A stretch of DNA of 64,000 nucleotides from the NCBI GenBank assembly GCA_965262915.1, contig OZ253564.1:2048001-2112000 (forward strand), in the 5' to 3' direction. The notes beneath the pieces were generated by a model. The model was not told where the DNA came from. It saw only the letters and a list, made by a program, of their open reading frames with translations, and did not search any database. The number at the start of each line of letters is the position of its first letter. Within the stretch, counting starts at the first letter, position 1. The DNA is from Candidatus Spongiisociaceae bacterium. GTDB taxonomy: Bacteria > Actinomycetota > Acidimicrobiia > Spongiisociales > Spongiisociaceae. Both the position numbers and the translations under genes were made by a program. Positions 63,016 through 64,000 of the stretch are shown here, piece after piece.

Positions 63016-63777
63016 TCAGTCGGACCTTTTCAGAGGGCGACCGCGCCTGTCGTAGCTGGCCGATTCCATGACGCCTGGAGGTGTGACCTCGGGAAGGATC
63101 GACACCGGGCTCGCCTGGCGCGGGATGGGAGGCCGGACGGCCAGGCGGGCGTCCGAGGACCATGCCAGGAGGGTGAGGGCCGAAGCGACGGCGAGTACTG
63201 CGGCGGCGGCGGCGAGCCGGAGGCCCACGACCGAGACGATGCCCAACGGTAGGAGCACCACCCGGACCGCCCAGAGGGCACCCGGGAGTGCCCGGGCGTA
63301 GGCCCATCCCCCCAGGAGTCCGAATGCGGCCATCACCCATCCTGCTGCCGTAACGTCCGGTATCCCCAGACCGCCCACAACCGCCGGTAGCCAGACGAGT
63401 CCGATGGCCAGTGAGGTGGCCCTGGCGGGAACCCGATCCGGCTTGACCTGCCGGAACCATCCGTCCAGCAGCCGGGTCCAGGCCATGGCCACCCCGATCA
63501 GATGGGTTACGAACGCCGCCACCCACAGCGGGTCGGTCGGTAGCAGTATCGCCGGTACAGCCCAGCCGGAGCCGATCACCGTGATCGAATTGCGCACCCA
63601 TCGCCCGGGCTGCAGGAGCATCGCCACCACATTCACCGCAGTCGCCAGGAGCAGGCCGACTGCCAGCAGCGCGGCGCCTTGCGTTCCCCAAGGCGACGAT
63701 CCGAACAGAAGCCGGCCGGTCCAGAGAAGGCTGCCGACGAGGATGAGGGCTGCCGAGGCGGGAACCATGTGTGGCAT
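63016..63777 (-). CDS. hypothetical integral membrane protein
   Basis: Multi-TM ORF with C-terminal YDRRGRPL; start uncertain. Confidence 0.65.
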   Translation of the reverse strand: MPHMVPASAALILVGSLLWTGRLLFGSSPWGTQGAALLAVGLLLATAVNVVAMLLQPGRWVRNSITVIGSGWAVPAILLPTDPLWVAAFVTHLIGVAMAWTRLLDGWFRQVKPDRVPARATSLAIGLVWLPAVVGGLGIPDVTAAGWVMAAFGLLGGWAYARALPGALWAVRVVLLPLGIVSVVGLRLAAAAAVLAVASALTLLAWSSDARLAVRPPIPRQASPVSILPEVTPPGVMESASYDRRGRPLKRSD

Positions 63778-63824
63778 CCCCCCATTGTGGCGCGAAGGCC
63801 GCGTCGTGAGAAGCCGGCGGTACG

Positions 63825-64000
63825 ATGGTGAAGGTGTTTGGTAGTGGCGAGGCCCCGTGGCCGGGGGAGGCGGTGTTCTGTTCCGACTGCGGGACGCGCC
63901 TGCGGCGCACCCGGCTGTACGGCCGCGAGCGAGGATCGTGTCCTGACTGCGGCCGGGTCGACTTCCGGTCTCCGTCCCTTGCCGTGGCGGTCCTGCTGCG
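63825..64000 (+). CDS. NUDIX hydrolase with N-terminal zinc ribbon (partial, runs off the window)
   Basis: FCSDCG...CPDCGRVDFRSPSLAVAVLL; the NUDIX box itself is outside the window. Confidence 0.65.
   Translation, partial: MVKVFGSGEAPWPGEAVFCSDCGTRLRRTRLYGRERGSCPDCGRVDFRSPSLAVAVLL

Overview
High-GC bacterial chromosomal window, most likely from an actinobacterium. The MSMEG_4193-type phosphatase/DUF3090 pair, ilvB/leuA leaders and IS types point there; class Acidimicrobiia is an inference. The backbone is housekeeping: rnpB (RNase P RNA), SRAP, aquaporin, trpD, a complete System I cytochrome c maturation operon (ccmABCDEFH, TPR, ccmG), a TrpR/YerC-led his operon with hisA displaced, amidase, vapBC, pntAA/AB/B, ilvBNC-leuA-leuB, ilvD, a UvrD-2xHRDC helicase, hsp20, ROK kinase, a decayed sulP and fabD-H-G-acpP-fabF. 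A dense layer of mobile and non-coding DNA sits on top. (1) An IS110 element whose left end reads as a bridge RNA, with guides matching both its own circle junction and the host (CCTGACA)n heptamer repeat it sits in. (2) A thioredoxin-like lipoprotein split by an in-frame TGA in a W-U-P-A-C motif with a SECIS-like hairpin (probable selenoprotein). (3) Two inverted ~210-bp paralogous units, each with a sigma70-type promoter and a hairpin showing compensatory changes (candidate new ncRNA or leader). (4) Two MITE-like families: one with its terminal repeats forming a stem inside RNase P RNA, one inserted in frame in the CcmF C-terminus. (5) A nested insertion, IS30 in IS3 in IS1380 in a heptamer-repeat element. 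No tRNA, rRNA or CRISPR array was seen. All family assignments are from motif recognition by eye; no database searches were run.
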